DNA of 64,000 nt from Polaromonas sp. (GCA_031428975.1 JANOYR010000062.1:11368-75367), one strand, 5' to 3'; counted from the stretch's first letter, positions 52,335-61,380 are shown. Numbers and translations: made by a program. The notes: a model not told the origin generated them from the sequence alone.

Positions 52335-53864
52335 ATGCCCTCAGCCATGGATAATCAAGCCATGCCAACGCCGCACACCACCACCACCCCGATTGGCGCT
52401 ACGCAGTTTTTGCGACTCTTGTATTGCACGCCGTTTTTCATGATGATTGCGCTGATTTTTGTCGAATCGGCGCTGGCCGCCAGCGTCACGTATTTTGTGA
52501 TCCAAGCAGGTAAAGACATTGCCAACAACGCCTTTCGGGTCATGGATTTTGTGTGGATACTGCTGGCGCAAAGCATGAGCTATGTGCTACATGGCGTGAG
52601 CTGGATTTATGGCGAACGCGCAGGCTTTAGCGCCTTTGCGCGGTATATGGCTGTTTTTAGCAAAGACAACCGCCACCAAACCAGCCTGCTCACCGACAAA
52701 GCCGTGCGCGAGCAAGTGGAGCCCTACCTCACCAACGAGACTTTTCACCTGCTTTTTGAGCTCATGTATGAGCTCGAGAGTGGCCTGCAATTGTTCTTTG
52801 GCTTGCTGCTGTCGGCATTGGTGATTGGCAACGAGATTGATGGCGCATTTCCTGTGGCTTATGGCATTATTTTTCTGTGTGTCATGCTGCTGCAGTTTTC
52901 GGTGCGCAATCCCGTCACGCGCCTGTATTTGGCCAACCAGCACATGACCAACCGCTTGACGGCGCAAACCTACACCGCGTGGGACAACATTTACAGCGGC
53001 AACCTCTACAACTACCGCTTGTGGAGCAAGCGATTCAAGGCGCGGGTGCGCGATGCATTGCGGGCGCAGATCAATGCGATTTTGCTGCGCGAGGGGCTTA
53101 GTTCTGTAAGCGGTATATTTGGGTTGGTTGTGATTTTTGCCACCATGGCTTGGGTGGTGGCGCAAGACAGCGGCAACCTGCCCATGCTGGTAGCCATAGC
53201 CGCCACCCTGCCCAAACAAATTGAGATGACGCACGAAATCCATTCACTGGCACTGGGCTGGAACGACCTGATAGCCCTTTGGACACGCGCCACTGGCGTG
53301 GTCAATAACATGCACCCCAGCGCAGAGGAAGACCCGAAAGAACGCATTCAACACGACAAGCTGCAACTGCGCGAAGGCGCAACCAGCGTGGCATGTGAAA
53401 GCCTGCGCGACGCACTGGCGATTGCCCTTTTGCACCCCACAGGTCGTATCAATGTGCGCGGCGAAAACGGCGCTGGCAAATCCACCCTGCTTTTGTCACT
53501 CAAAGCCGAGCTCAAAGGCCTAGCCTATTATTGGCCCACCGCAGACCGCTTGGCATTTGCTTTTTCGGCCAAAGACGAGGCTACGCGAATCGAGGCGCAC
53601 GATGCGGATGAAGAAGATGGCGCGTCTTCTGATGCGGACGCTTTGACTGCCACAAACTCCGCGCGTAAAAAAGGCTTTTCTTCTGGCGAAACGCAAATCC
53701 GCGCCCTGCAAGAAATCGTTGCCCACACCCGCGCCAAGGTGTATTTGCTTGACGAATGGGATGCCAATTTAGATGCCGCCAATCGGGCGCGGGCATGGGC
53801 GTTGATCGACCAGTTGTCAGCCCGGGCTAGGGTGATTGAGATATCGCATCGGGATGTAGTTTGA
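52335..53864 (+). CDS. Atypical ABC half-transporter-like protein (N-terminal membrane domain plus shortened ATPase domain)
   Basis: The first ATG is at 52335 (the ORF-track start at 52287 is a TTG inside the vapB operator); ATGs at 52347 and 52359 are alternatives. About 330 aa of hydrophobic N-terminus, then GENGAGKST (Walker A), FSSGETQ (signature-like), VYLLDEWDANLD (Walker B) and ISHR (H-loop). Confidence 0.7.
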   Translation: MPSAMDNQAMPTPHTTTTPIGATQFLRLLYCTPFFMMIALIFVESALAASVTYFVIQAGKDIANNAFRVMDFVWILLAQSMSYVLHGVSWIYGERAGFSAFARYMAVFSKDNRHQTSLLTDKAVREQVEPYLTNETFHLLFELMYELESGLQLFFGLLLSALVIGNEIDGAFPVAYGIIFLCVMLLQFSVRNPVTRLYLANQHMTNRLTAQTYTAWDNIYSGNLYNYRLWSKRFKARVRDALRAQINAILLREGLSSVSGIFGLVVIFATMAWVVAQDSGNLPMLVAIAATLPKQIEMTHEIHSLALGWNDLIALWTRATGVVNNMHPSAEEDPKERIQHDKLQLREGATSVACESLRDALAIALLHPTGRINVRGENGAGKSTLLLSLKAELKGLAYYWPTADRLAFAFSAKDEATRIEAHDADEEDGASSDADALTATNSARKKGFSSGETQIRALQEIVAHTRAKVYLLDEWDANLDAANRARAWALIDQLSARARVIEISHRDVV

Positions 53865-53884
53865 GGTTGATTTTTTATACAGAA

Positions 53885-53922
53885 ATCGACTACGTCACCG
53901 TCAAATGGTCATAGTGTGCTAC
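53885..53922 (-). repeat. 38-nt repeat family, copy D
   Basis: Minus strand reads GTAGCACACTATGACCATTTGACGGTGACGTAGTCGAT, 31/38 identical to copy B. It begins 14 nt after the LysR stop (53937) on the same strand. Confidence 0.88.
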
Positions 53923-53936
53923 TAAATTAGTTGAAA

Positions 53937-54926
53937 CTACATGACAGATTTACTGACTTTTACTGCTTGTGATTGAAAGCTTTTTGCCTGCTGAATCGCC
54001 CTGACAAAATCCATGAAATGCTGGCTTGAAAGCGATGGGGGCCTCAACCGATCGATAAAAAAAGACAACTCGTAGGGCAAGCGTGCAGAAAATTCAACCA
54101 AGCAAACATTCGACGGGCAATACTCTGTCGATGGGTATGAATGCAGCAATGAAATGCCCACACCCAACCCCACAAAATGCATGGCAGATGCTGAGGTCGC
54201 GGTTTCCATCACGATGTTTGGCTGGCTTTTAGCTTTTGCAAATAGACGATCCAAGGTTGGGCGCATGGCATTGCGCTTGGCCAATAGCACCAGTGGCTGT
54301 GCATGCAGATCTTGGGGAAATACCAGCGCTTGATTCGCTAATGGATGGCTTTTAGGCACAGCACACACCAAATGGCCAGAGCGAAACGGTAGCCGGGTTA
54401 AACCCGAAGTCAAACCAATCACGTCAGCCACACCAAGATCGGCCCGCTGATCGGCAACAAGCTCCAGCACTTCGGGCGTTGTAGTGATTTCCAAAGATAT
54501 GCTGATTTGAGGACATTTTTGCAAGAACTGAGCGATACAGTTTTCTAAGAACCCTTGCGCTAAGGTCGGCGACGTTGCAATGCGCAGCACGCTAGATACG
54601 AGCTGCTCGCTGCTCTGATCACGTACAGCCCGCAAAGCCTGCAAAATAGGCACTAATTTTTCGTGCATGGCCAGTGCTTGGGCTGTCGGTGTCAAACCAC
54701 CGCCTTGGTGCTGAAACAATGCAGTGCCCAACCGGCTCTCTAACTGGCCGATGCAACGGCTCACCGACGGTTGCGACACACCCAAACGCAATGCCGCTGT
54801 GGTTGTTTTACGCTCTTCTACGACAGCCACCAATGTTTCTAGATCACGCAAGCTTGCCCACTGCGTCAAACTGGCTAAGGATTGGCTCTGATTCGGTGGA
54901 ATTTGTTGCTTGGTTGGATAGGGCAT
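53937..54926 (-). CDS. LysR-family transcriptional regulator
   Basis: ATG at 54926; the ORF-track start at 54950 is a TTG. LRDLETLVAVVEERKTTTAALRLGVSQPSVSRCIGQLE HTH after an unusually long ~25-aa N-terminal lead. Confidence 0.82.
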   Translation of the reverse strand: MPYPTKQQIPPNQSQSLASLTQWASLRDLETLVAVVEERKTTTAALRLGVSQPSVSRCIGQLESRLGTALFQHQGGGLTPTAQALAMHEKLVPILQALRAVRDQSSEQLVSSVLRIATSPTLAQGFLENCIAQFLQKCPQISISLEITTTPEVLELVADQRADLGVADVIGLTSGLTRLPFRSGHLVCAVPKSHPLANQALVFPQDLHAQPLVLLAKRNAMRPTLDRLFAKAKSQPNIVMETATSASAMHFVGLGVGISLLHSYPSTEYCPSNVCLVEFSARLPYELSFFIDRLRPPSLSSQHFMDFVRAIQQAKSFQSQAVKVSKSVM

Positions 54927-55043
54927 AGCTAGCACTAAACGGTATGTCAAAAGTGCATTCTATTAGGGAAATGCATAGGTTGTATGCTTTTTATTAATCG
55001 TACAGTCTCCTCCGTACACCCTTACTTTGCAACGGAGAATCAC

Positions 55044-56030
55044 ATGCAAGCAGTCAACCATTCGCGCCGCAGCACGCTCTTTTTAGCCTTAGCTGGCCTA
55101 CTAAGCCCCACAGTTGCCAAAGCGCAAAATTACCCATCTAAGCCCCTCACAATCATCGTGCCTTGGTCGGCAGGGGGCAGCGCTGATTTTGCTAGTCGGC
55201 TGCTTGCTGTAGAGCTGGGCAAACAGCTTGGTCAAAGTGTTTCTATAGAGAACGTGAGCGGTGGCGGCGGCCTTATTGGCATGAACAAAGCCGCCAATGC
55301 TGCTCCAGACGGCCATACTTTGTATTGGGGCGGTACTGAAATGTATGTCCCGCCTATGGTCAATCCCAATATCAAGCACGACTGGAAACTGCTTTTTAAA
55401 CCCATCGGTCGCGTTCTGGACAACTCAATGCTGCTCGTCACCCGCGCAAATTCAGCCTTTTCAACTATGGAGGAAATGCTGGCAGTTGCTAGAAAAAATC
55501 CAGGCAAGTTAACGTATGCCACACCTGGAATTTCCACTGGGCAGCATTTTTTAGGGGAAATGCTGCGTGACAAAGCGCGCATTGCCATCGTTCATATCCC
55601 TTACCGAGGTGGTGCACAAATTGTGACTGACTTGCTGGGAGGGCAAGTCGACATGGCAGTGTTGATTGGTGTCACGGCTATGCCCCATTTAAAGAGCGGG
55701 AAATTAAAAGCGCTGGCCATTGCAGACACCACGCGCAACCCCTCATTTCCCAGCGTTCCTACCTTCAATGAAATCAAAGGCTTGACAGGTTTGGTGTTGA
55801 ATGCCTCAGCCGCTTTGTATGTGCCACTGAACACTCCGCAAGCAACTGTAGACAAAATTGAAGCGGCATTGCGCACCAGCCTTCTTAACCCAGACATTCA
55901 AAAGAAAATCGCAGATGCAGCCGCTGTATTGCGTTACACACCAGCAAAAGACATGACCAAGTTTGCCAATGACGATGCTGCCAAATACAAACGTATCGTC
56001 GATATTGCAAAAATTGTGGTGACAGAATGA
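55044..56030 (+). CDS. Bug-family (TctC-like) solute receptor
   Basis: ATG at 55044 with ggaga RBS. Tat-like or signal N-terminus MQAVNHSRRSTLFLALAGLLSPTVAKA, then YPSKPLTIIVPWSAGGSADFASR. Confidence 0.88.
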   Translation: MQAVNHSRRSTLFLALAGLLSPTVAKAQNYPSKPLTIIVPWSAGGSADFASRLLAVELGKQLGQSVSIENVSGGGGLIGMNKAANAAPDGHTLYWGGTEMYVPPMVNPNIKHDWKLLFKPIGRVLDNSMLLVTRANSAFSTMEEMLAVARKNPGKLTYATPGISTGQHFLGEMLRDKARIAIVHIPYRGGAQIVTDLLGGQVDMAVLIGVTAMPHLKSGKLKALAIADTTRNPSFPSVPTFNEIKGLTGLVLNASAALYVPLNTPQATVDKIEAALRTSLLNPDIQKKIADAAAVLRYTPAKDMTKFANDDAAKYKRIVDIAKIVVTE

Positions 56031-57385
56031 TGCGCAGCGATTTAAGCGGTGTGGGCTTGTTTGGCTCGATTTTTTTCAAGCGCTGGCTCAATCCGCAAGC
56101 GCTGGCGATGTGGAACGATACCGCGACGCTAACGAGCTGGATCGAGGTTGAGCTGGCGTTAGCGAGAGCACAAGCCGATTGTGGGCTGATTCCGAAACAG
56201 GTAAGTGAGCAAATGGCGGCAACTTTTTCAGTGGCTCGCATTGACACAGTCGAACTGCAAAAAGGCATGGATACCACCATGCATCCTTTTGTGCCTTTGC
56301 TGCACCAACTTGAAAAACTTTGTGGCGACGAAGCGGCCAGTTACTTGCATTGGGGTGCTACAACACAAAATATTTTTGACACGGCAACTGCGTTGCGCCT
56401 CAAACGCACACACACACTGATGGCGCAACTTTTGAATGACGCTATTGCGCAAACTGCCGTATTGGCCATTGAATACCGCGATACTCCACAGGCAGGGCGT
56501 ACGCATGGGCAGCATGCTCTGCCCATTACCTTTGGATTTAAGCTGGCTGCTTGGCGATCAGAGTTGCGTCGAATGCGTGATCGCTTGTGTGGTGCATCTC
56601 TAAGCGCCTTTATGGTCTCTATGGGCGGTGCAGTGGGCTGCTATTCAGCTATGGGAGGCAAAGGACGTGAAGTGCAATTGCGCATGGCCGTTTTACTGGA
56701 TTTGTCGAACCATGAAATTCCAGTGCGCAGCGCCGGCGACGGGCCACTGCATTACATGGGTTTGCTGGCTATGCTGGCCACAACGGTAGAAAAAATTGCT
56801 GAAGAATTTATTTTTTTTCAGCGCACCGAAATTGCCGAAGCAGGCGAAAAATTCCATGATGGCAAAATCGGCAGCTCGACTATGGCGCAAAAGCGCAATC
56901 CACAACAAGCGCAAGATCTGTGCGTATTGGCGCGTAGCCTTCGCGGACGTATGCAGCTGCTGCAAGATGCCGCTGTTCGCTCGAATGAAGGCGACTCTAC
57001 TGCGAGTAGCTTGGCAGATATCGCCATAGCGGAGATGGCCGTGTTGGGCGTTTCAATGCTGGATCGCTTGCTCAGCTTATTGCGGATGGCCAGCGTAGAC
57101 CCTATCGCCATGCAGCGCAATTTAGACGTATCAGGCGGGCTCATCATGTCTGAAGCCGTGATGATGGCTTTGGCTAAAAAAGTAGGCCGCCATGCGGCGC
57201 ATCGCATACTCTACGATGTGGCGCAGTCAGTGCAGGAAGCAAAAGGAAGTTTTGAAAAACTACTCAATCTTCAGCCCGAAGTCAACACTGTGTTGTCAGC
57301 ACAAGATATTGCGAATTTATTGAATCCAGAGAATTACTTAGGAGAATCCGCTTTGTGCGTGAATGAAGAGGTTATAAAAAAATGA
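56027..57385 (+). CDS. Fumarate-lyase-superfamily enzyme (adenylosuccinate lyase / 3-carboxy-cis,cis-muconate cycloisomerase-like)
   Basis: 452-aa ORF. Its ATG overlaps the Bug stop (ATGA). It carries the superfamily signature GSSTMAQKRNP. Confidence 0.8.
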   Translation: MMRSDLSGVGLFGSIFFKRWLNPQALAMWNDTATLTSWIEVELALARAQADCGLIPKQVSEQMAATFSVARIDTVELQKGMDTTMHPFVPLLHQLEKLCGDEAASYLHWGATTQNIFDTATALRLKRTHTLMAQLLNDAIAQTAVLAIEYRDTPQAGRTHGQHALPITFGFKLAAWRSELRRMRDRLCGASLSAFMVSMGGAVGCYSAMGGKGREVQLRMAVLLDLSNHEIPVRSAGDGPLHYMGLLAMLATTVEKIAEEFIFFQRTEIAEAGEKFHDGKIGSSTMAQKRNPQQAQDLCVLARSLRGRMQLLQDAAVRSNEGDSTASSLADIAIAEMAVLGVSMLDRLLSLLRMASVDPIAMQRNLDVSGGLIMSEAVMMALAKKVGRHAAHRILYDVAQSVQEAKGSFEKLLNLQPEVNTVLSAQDIANLLNPENYLGESALCVNEEVIKK

Positions 57386-58134
57386 CTTCAACATCCGCTA
57401 TTTACCCCTCGCTGGTTGGACAGCATATACTGATTACAGGTGGCGCTACAGGCATCGGAGCCGCCATGGTACAAGCCTTTATGCAGCAGCAATCTCGCGT
57501 TAGTTTTTTAGACATTAACGGCGCTGCAGGTATCCAATTGTCGCAAGCTAATGGGGCAACATTCCACCATTGTGATTTAACTGACACCAACCAACTCAAG
57601 CAGGTGATTGCGTCTTGCGAGGCAAAATTTGGCACGGTGAATGTGCTTGTTAATAATGCAGCAAGCGATGACCGACATGGTATCGCCTCGGTTACGCGCA
57701 GTTATTTTGACCAACAGATTGCGGTCAATCTTTCGCACCAGTTTTTCGCTATTCAATCTGTTATCGAAGGCATGAAACGCGCCAAGCATGGCAGCATCGT
57801 CAATATGGGCAGCATCACCTCAGTCTTGGGCATGACGGGCCTGCCCGTTTATGCAGCAGCCAAGGGCGCAACCGTTGGGATGACGCGTGCACTGGCCAAA
57901 GAGCTTGGCACTTACGGCATCCGAGTCAATTGCGTGATTCCCGGCTGGGTAAAAACGCCGCGACAAGAGCAATTGTGGATTACCCCAGAAGCAACCACCA
58001 CCATGATGCAAGCGCAGGCACTCAAAGAGTGGATTATGCCCTTGGACATCGCCAATATGGTGCTATTTCTAGCCAGCGACCAAGCACGTATGTGCACCGC
58101 GCAATGCTACACAGTTGACGCTGGGTGGACATGA
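57382..58134 (+). CDS. Short-chain dehydrogenase/reductase (SDR)
   Basis: 250-aa ORF. Its ATG overlaps the lyase stop (ATGA). ITGGATGIGAA, NNAA and YAAAKGA motifs. Confidence 0.88.
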   Translation: MTSTSAIYPSLVGQHILITGGATGIGAAMVQAFMQQQSRVSFLDINGAAGIQLSQANGATFHHCDLTDTNQLKQVIASCEAKFGTVNVLVNNAASDDRHGIASVTRSYFDQQIAVNLSHQFFAIQSVIEGMKRAKHGSIVNMGSITSVLGMTGLPVYAAAKGATVGMTRALAKELGTYGIRVNCVIPGWVKTPRQEQLWITPEATTTMMQAQALKEWIMPLDIANMVLFLASDQARMCTAQCYTVDAGWT

Positions 58135-58146
58135 TTTTTATAAATT

Positions 58147-58184
58147 AACCGTAATGTCACCGTCATATGGTCATTCAGCGCTAT
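58147..58184 (-). repeat. 38-nt repeat family, copy E
   Basis: Minus strand reads ATAGCGCTGAATGACCATATGACGGTGACATTACGGTT, 28/38 identical to copy B, with core positions 11-32 identical. It begins 11 nt after the hom stop (58196). Confidence 0.88.
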
Positions 58185-58195
58185 CAAAAAGTGAC

Positions 58196-59530
58196 TTACG
58201 CCAATTCTTCCTTGCGAATCCGCACAATCGGCGCTAGTACGCTGTGCAGCGCCTGCATTTGCGCCATGGCGGCATCCATCACCGCTTCTTTGCAGTCGTG
58301 AGTCAAGATGATGAGGTCGGTAAACGCCGCGCCTTCGCCGCCTACTTCGTCGGCTTCGCGCTGCAGCACCGCGTCGATGCTGATGCCTGCGTTGGCCACA
58401 ATGCCCGTGACTTGGGCGAGTACGCCCGCCTCGTCGGCTAGGCGCAAACGCAGGTAATAGCTGGTCACCACATCGGCCATGGGCAACACGCGCACATCGC
58501 TCATGGCATTATGCTGAAACGCCAAATACGGCACACGGTGTGCTGCGTCTGCGCTGGCTAGTCGCGCTATGTCAACCAAGTCTGCTATCACAGCGCTAGC
58601 AGTCGGTTCAGATCCTGCGCCTTTGCCGTAATACAGCGTGGTGCCCACGGCATCGCCTTGCACCATCACGGCATTCATAGCGCCTTCTACATTCGCAATC
58701 AGGCGTTTAGCTGGCACTAGGGTGGGATGCACACGCAGTTCAATCCCAGTGTCTACCCGTTTAGAGATGCCCAAAAGCTTGATGCGGTAGCCCAATTGTT
58801 CAGCGTATTTGATGTCTTGAGCGGCAAGTTTGGTAATGCCTTCTACATAGGCTTTGTCAAACTGCACAGGAGTGCCAAAAGCAATGGCGCTCATGATGCT
58901 GGCTTTGTGCGCTGCGTCCACGCCTTCGATGTCAAAGGTCGGGTCGGCCTCGGCATAGCCCAGTTTTTGCGCTTCTTTGAGCACGGTGGCAAAGTCTAGG
59001 CCTTTGCTGCGCATCTCTGACAAAATGAAATTGGTGGTGCCGTTGATGATGCCCGCCACCCACTGGATGCGGTTAGCCGTGAGGCCTTCGCGCAGGCTCT
59101 TGATGATCGGTATGCCGCCAGCCACTGCGGCTTCAAACATCACCATCACGCCCAAACCACCACGCGCTTCTTGCGCGGCTTTGAAAATCTCAGTGCCATG
59201 CACCGCCAGCAACGCTTTGTTGGCTGTGACCACGTGTTTGCCAGCGGCTATGGCCTCTAGCACCAGCGCCTTGGCAATGCCGTAGCCGCCAATGAGCTCA
59301 ATGACCACGTCAATTTCAGGGTTGGCAATGATGGCCCGCGCATCGGCCACCACCTGGGCGGTGTCGCCCACCACCGCTTTGGCACGGGCGGTGTCAAGGT
59401 CGGCCACGGTATGGATGCGAATGCCGCAGCCTGCGCGGCGTGCTATCTCGTCTTGGTTGCGCTGCAACACGTTGAACACGCCGCTGCCGACGGTGCCGAT
59501 GCCTAAAAGGCCTACTTGGATACTTTTCAT
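58196..59530 (-). CDS. hom: Homoserine dehydrogenase
   Basis: 444-aa ORF. VGLLGIGTVGSG, TANKALL and a C-terminal ACT domain. Confidence 0.92.
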   Translation of the reverse strand: MKSIQVGLLGIGTVGSGVFNVLQRNQDEIARRAGCGIRIHTVADLDTARAKAVVGDTAQVVADARAIIANPEIDVVIELIGGYGIAKALVLEAIAAGKHVVTANKALLAVHGTEIFKAAQEARGGLGVMVMFEAAVAGGIPIIKSLREGLTANRIQWVAGIINGTTNFILSEMRSKGLDFATVLKEAQKLGYAEADPTFDIEGVDAAHKASIMSAIAFGTPVQFDKAYVEGITKLAAQDIKYAEQLGYRIKLLGISKRVDTGIELRVHPTLVPAKRLIANVEGAMNAVMVQGDAVGTTLYYGKGAGSEPTASAVIADLVDIARLASADAAHRVPYLAFQHNAMSDVRVLPMADVVTSYYLRLRLADEAGVLAQVTGIVANAGISIDAVLQREADEVGGEGAAFTDLIILTHDCKEAVMDAAMAQMQALHSVLAPIVRIRKEELA

Positions 59531-59548
59531 GGTGGATTTAAAGAAAAT

Positions 59549-59586
59549 TATGCGAATGTCACGGTCATATGGTCAAAGCTTGCTAT
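59549..59586 (-). repeat. 38-nt repeat family, copy F (overlaps the alaA stop codon)
   Basis: Minus strand reads ATAGCAAGCTTTGACCATATGACCGTGACATTCGCATA, 31/38 identical to copy B. Repeat positions 12-14 (TGA) are the alaA stop. The repeat ends 19 nt upstream of the hom ATG. Confidence 0.9.
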
Positions 59587-60799
59587 TATTTCTGTAGCTT
59601 TCAAGAAACTTGGCAATGCGGTTAATCGCCTCGCGCAGGTCGTCTTCATGCGGCAAAAACACAATGCGAAAGTGGTCTGGCGCAGGCCAGTTAAAGCCCG
59701 TGCCCTGCACCAGCATGACGCGTGTGGCTTTGAGCAGCTCTAGGAAAAATAGGCGGTCGTCTTTGATCGGGTATACTGCGGGGTCGAGCTTAGGAAACAT
59801 GTACAGCGCCGCCTGCGGCTTGACACAGCTCACCCCGGGTATGGCGGTAATCAGCTCGTAGGCCAAATCGCGCTGGCGGCGCAAGCGCCCGCCTTCGCAG
59901 ACCAAATCGTTGATGCTTTGGTAGCCGCCCAGCGCGGTTTGAATCGCCCATTGACCCGGCACATTGGAGCACAGCTTCATGTTGCTGAGCATATTCAGGC
60001 CTTCAATGTAGTCACGCGCCACTGACTTGTCGCCCGAGACCACCATCCAACCTGCGCGGTAGCCGCAGGAGCGGTAACTTTTGCTCAGGGAATTGAAAGT
60101 AAGCGTGAGCACATCGGTCGACATGCTGGCAATCGCCGTGTGTTTCACGCCGTCATAGAGCACCTTGTCGTACACCTCGTCGGCCAAAATCACCAAGCCG
60201 TGTTCACGGGCAATGGCAATAATGCCGCGCAGCAGTTCGTTGCTGTACAAAACGCCTGTAGGGTTGTTGGGGTTAATCACCACAATGCCCTTGGTGCGGG
60301 GCGTTATTTTGGCGCGGATGTCGTCTAAGTTGGGCATCCAGCCATTGGCCTCGTCGCACACATAGTGCACCGGAGTGCCGCCAGACAGGCTGGTAGCCGC
60401 CGTCCACAGCGGGTAGTCGGGCATGGGCAGCAATAGCTCGTCGCCATTGTCCAGCAAGGCATTGGTGGCAGAAGTAATCAAGTCGCTTGCCCCATTGCCA
60501 AGGTAAATATCCTCCAGCGTCACACCTGCAATGCCCTGCTTTTGGGTCTCGTGCATCACCGCTTTGCGGGCCGCAAATATGCCTTTGCTATCCGAGTAGC
60601 CCGCAGAATTGGGCAGGTTGCGGATCATGTCTTGCTGGATTTCCTCGGGCGCGTCAAAACCAAACACCGCGAGGTTGCCCAAATTGAGTTTGATGATCTT
60701 TTGGCCTTCGTCTTCCATTTTTTTCGCGGCATCCATGATCGGACCGCGAATGTCATAAAGCACGTTGGCGAGCTTGGCGGATTTTTGTATGGTTTTCAT
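59573..60799 (-). CDS. alaA: PLP-dependent aminotransferase, AlaA (glutamate-pyruvate aminotransferase) type
   Basis: 408-aa ORF. It is collinear with E. coli AlaA as I recall it (KSAKLANVLYDIRGP.., NLGN..FGFDAP, INPNNPTG, SLSKSYRSCGYRAGW, PDHFRIV). Confidence 0.88.
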   Translation of the reverse strand: MKTIQKSAKLANVLYDIRGPIMDAAKKMEDEGQKIIKLNLGNLAVFGFDAPEEIQQDMIRNLPNSAGYSDSKGIFAARKAVMHETQKQGIAGVTLEDIYLGNGASDLITSATNALLDNGDELLLPMPDYPLWTAATSLSGGTPVHYVCDEANGWMPNLDDIRAKITPRTKGIVVINPNNPTGVLYSNELLRGIIAIAREHGLVILADEVYDKVLYDGVKHTAIASMSTDVLTLTFNSLSKSYRSCGYRAGWMVVSGDKSVARDYIEGLNMLSNMKLCSNVPGQWAIQTALGGYQSINDLVCEGGRLRRQRDLAYELITAIPGVSCVKPQAALYMFPKLDPAVYPIKDDRLFFLELLKATRVMLVQGTGFNWPAPDHFRIVFLPHEDDLREAINRIAKFLESYRNNSKL

Positions 60800-60865
60800 A
60801 AAACCTCAGATGAACCTTGCTAGATGCGGAAAACCTATAATTTGACCACACTTCCACCCCATTTT

Positions 60866-60878
60866 TGTGCACTGCACA
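60866..60878. promoter_or_regulatory. TGTGCA-C-TGCACA palindrome in the alaA / DUF498 divergent region
   Basis: A perfect 6-1-6 palindrome, 12 nt upstream of the DUF498 ATG. Function unknown. Confidence 0.25.
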
Positions 60879-60889
60879 CAAGGCCATTG

Positions 60890-61282
60890 ATGAAACTTCA
60901 GCCCGATAAATCCGACACCACCATCATCAATGGCTACGGCGCAGGCTGGGTCAGCATTGGCAGCGTGGTGGCGGGTGTGCCCAGCCTAGAAAAAGTGAGT
61001 GCCAGCGTGGTCATAGGCTCGCGCGGCGAGCGACTGGACTGGGCGGGTGTGGGGTTTGATGCCTTAACTGCTGCGCATTTTGAGGCTTTGGCATCTCTTA
61101 AGCCTGAATTGGTGGTCTTTGGAAGTGGCACCAAGCTACGTTTCTCTCACCCCAGCTTACAGCGTGCCCTGATGGCCGCGCACATTGGGCTTGAAACCAT
61201 GGACACGCTGGCTGCCTGCCGTACTTACAACATTTTGGCCGGTGAAGGACGGCATGTGGTAGCCGTTCTGCTGCTTAGCTAG
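60890..61282 (+). CDS. Mth938-like (DUF498) domain protein
   Basis: ATG at 60890. MKLQPDKSDTTIINGYGAGWV..VVFGSG..TYNILAGEGRHV pattern of the Mth938/NDUFAF3-like family. Confidence 0.75.
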   Translation: MKLQPDKSDTTIINGYGAGWVSIGSVVAGVPSLEKVSASVVIGSRGERLDWAGVGFDALTAAHFEALASLKPELVVFGSGTKLRFSHPSLQRALMAAHIGLETMDTLAACRTYNILAGEGRHVVAVLLLS

Positions 61283-61380
61283 GGCTTTAGTTTCCCCGAA
61301 ACTGACAATTTTGGGTTAAAATACGAGGTTGTTCTCGGGGCAACACAACCCCGCACCTTCATACCGACAGAGAGTAGCAC

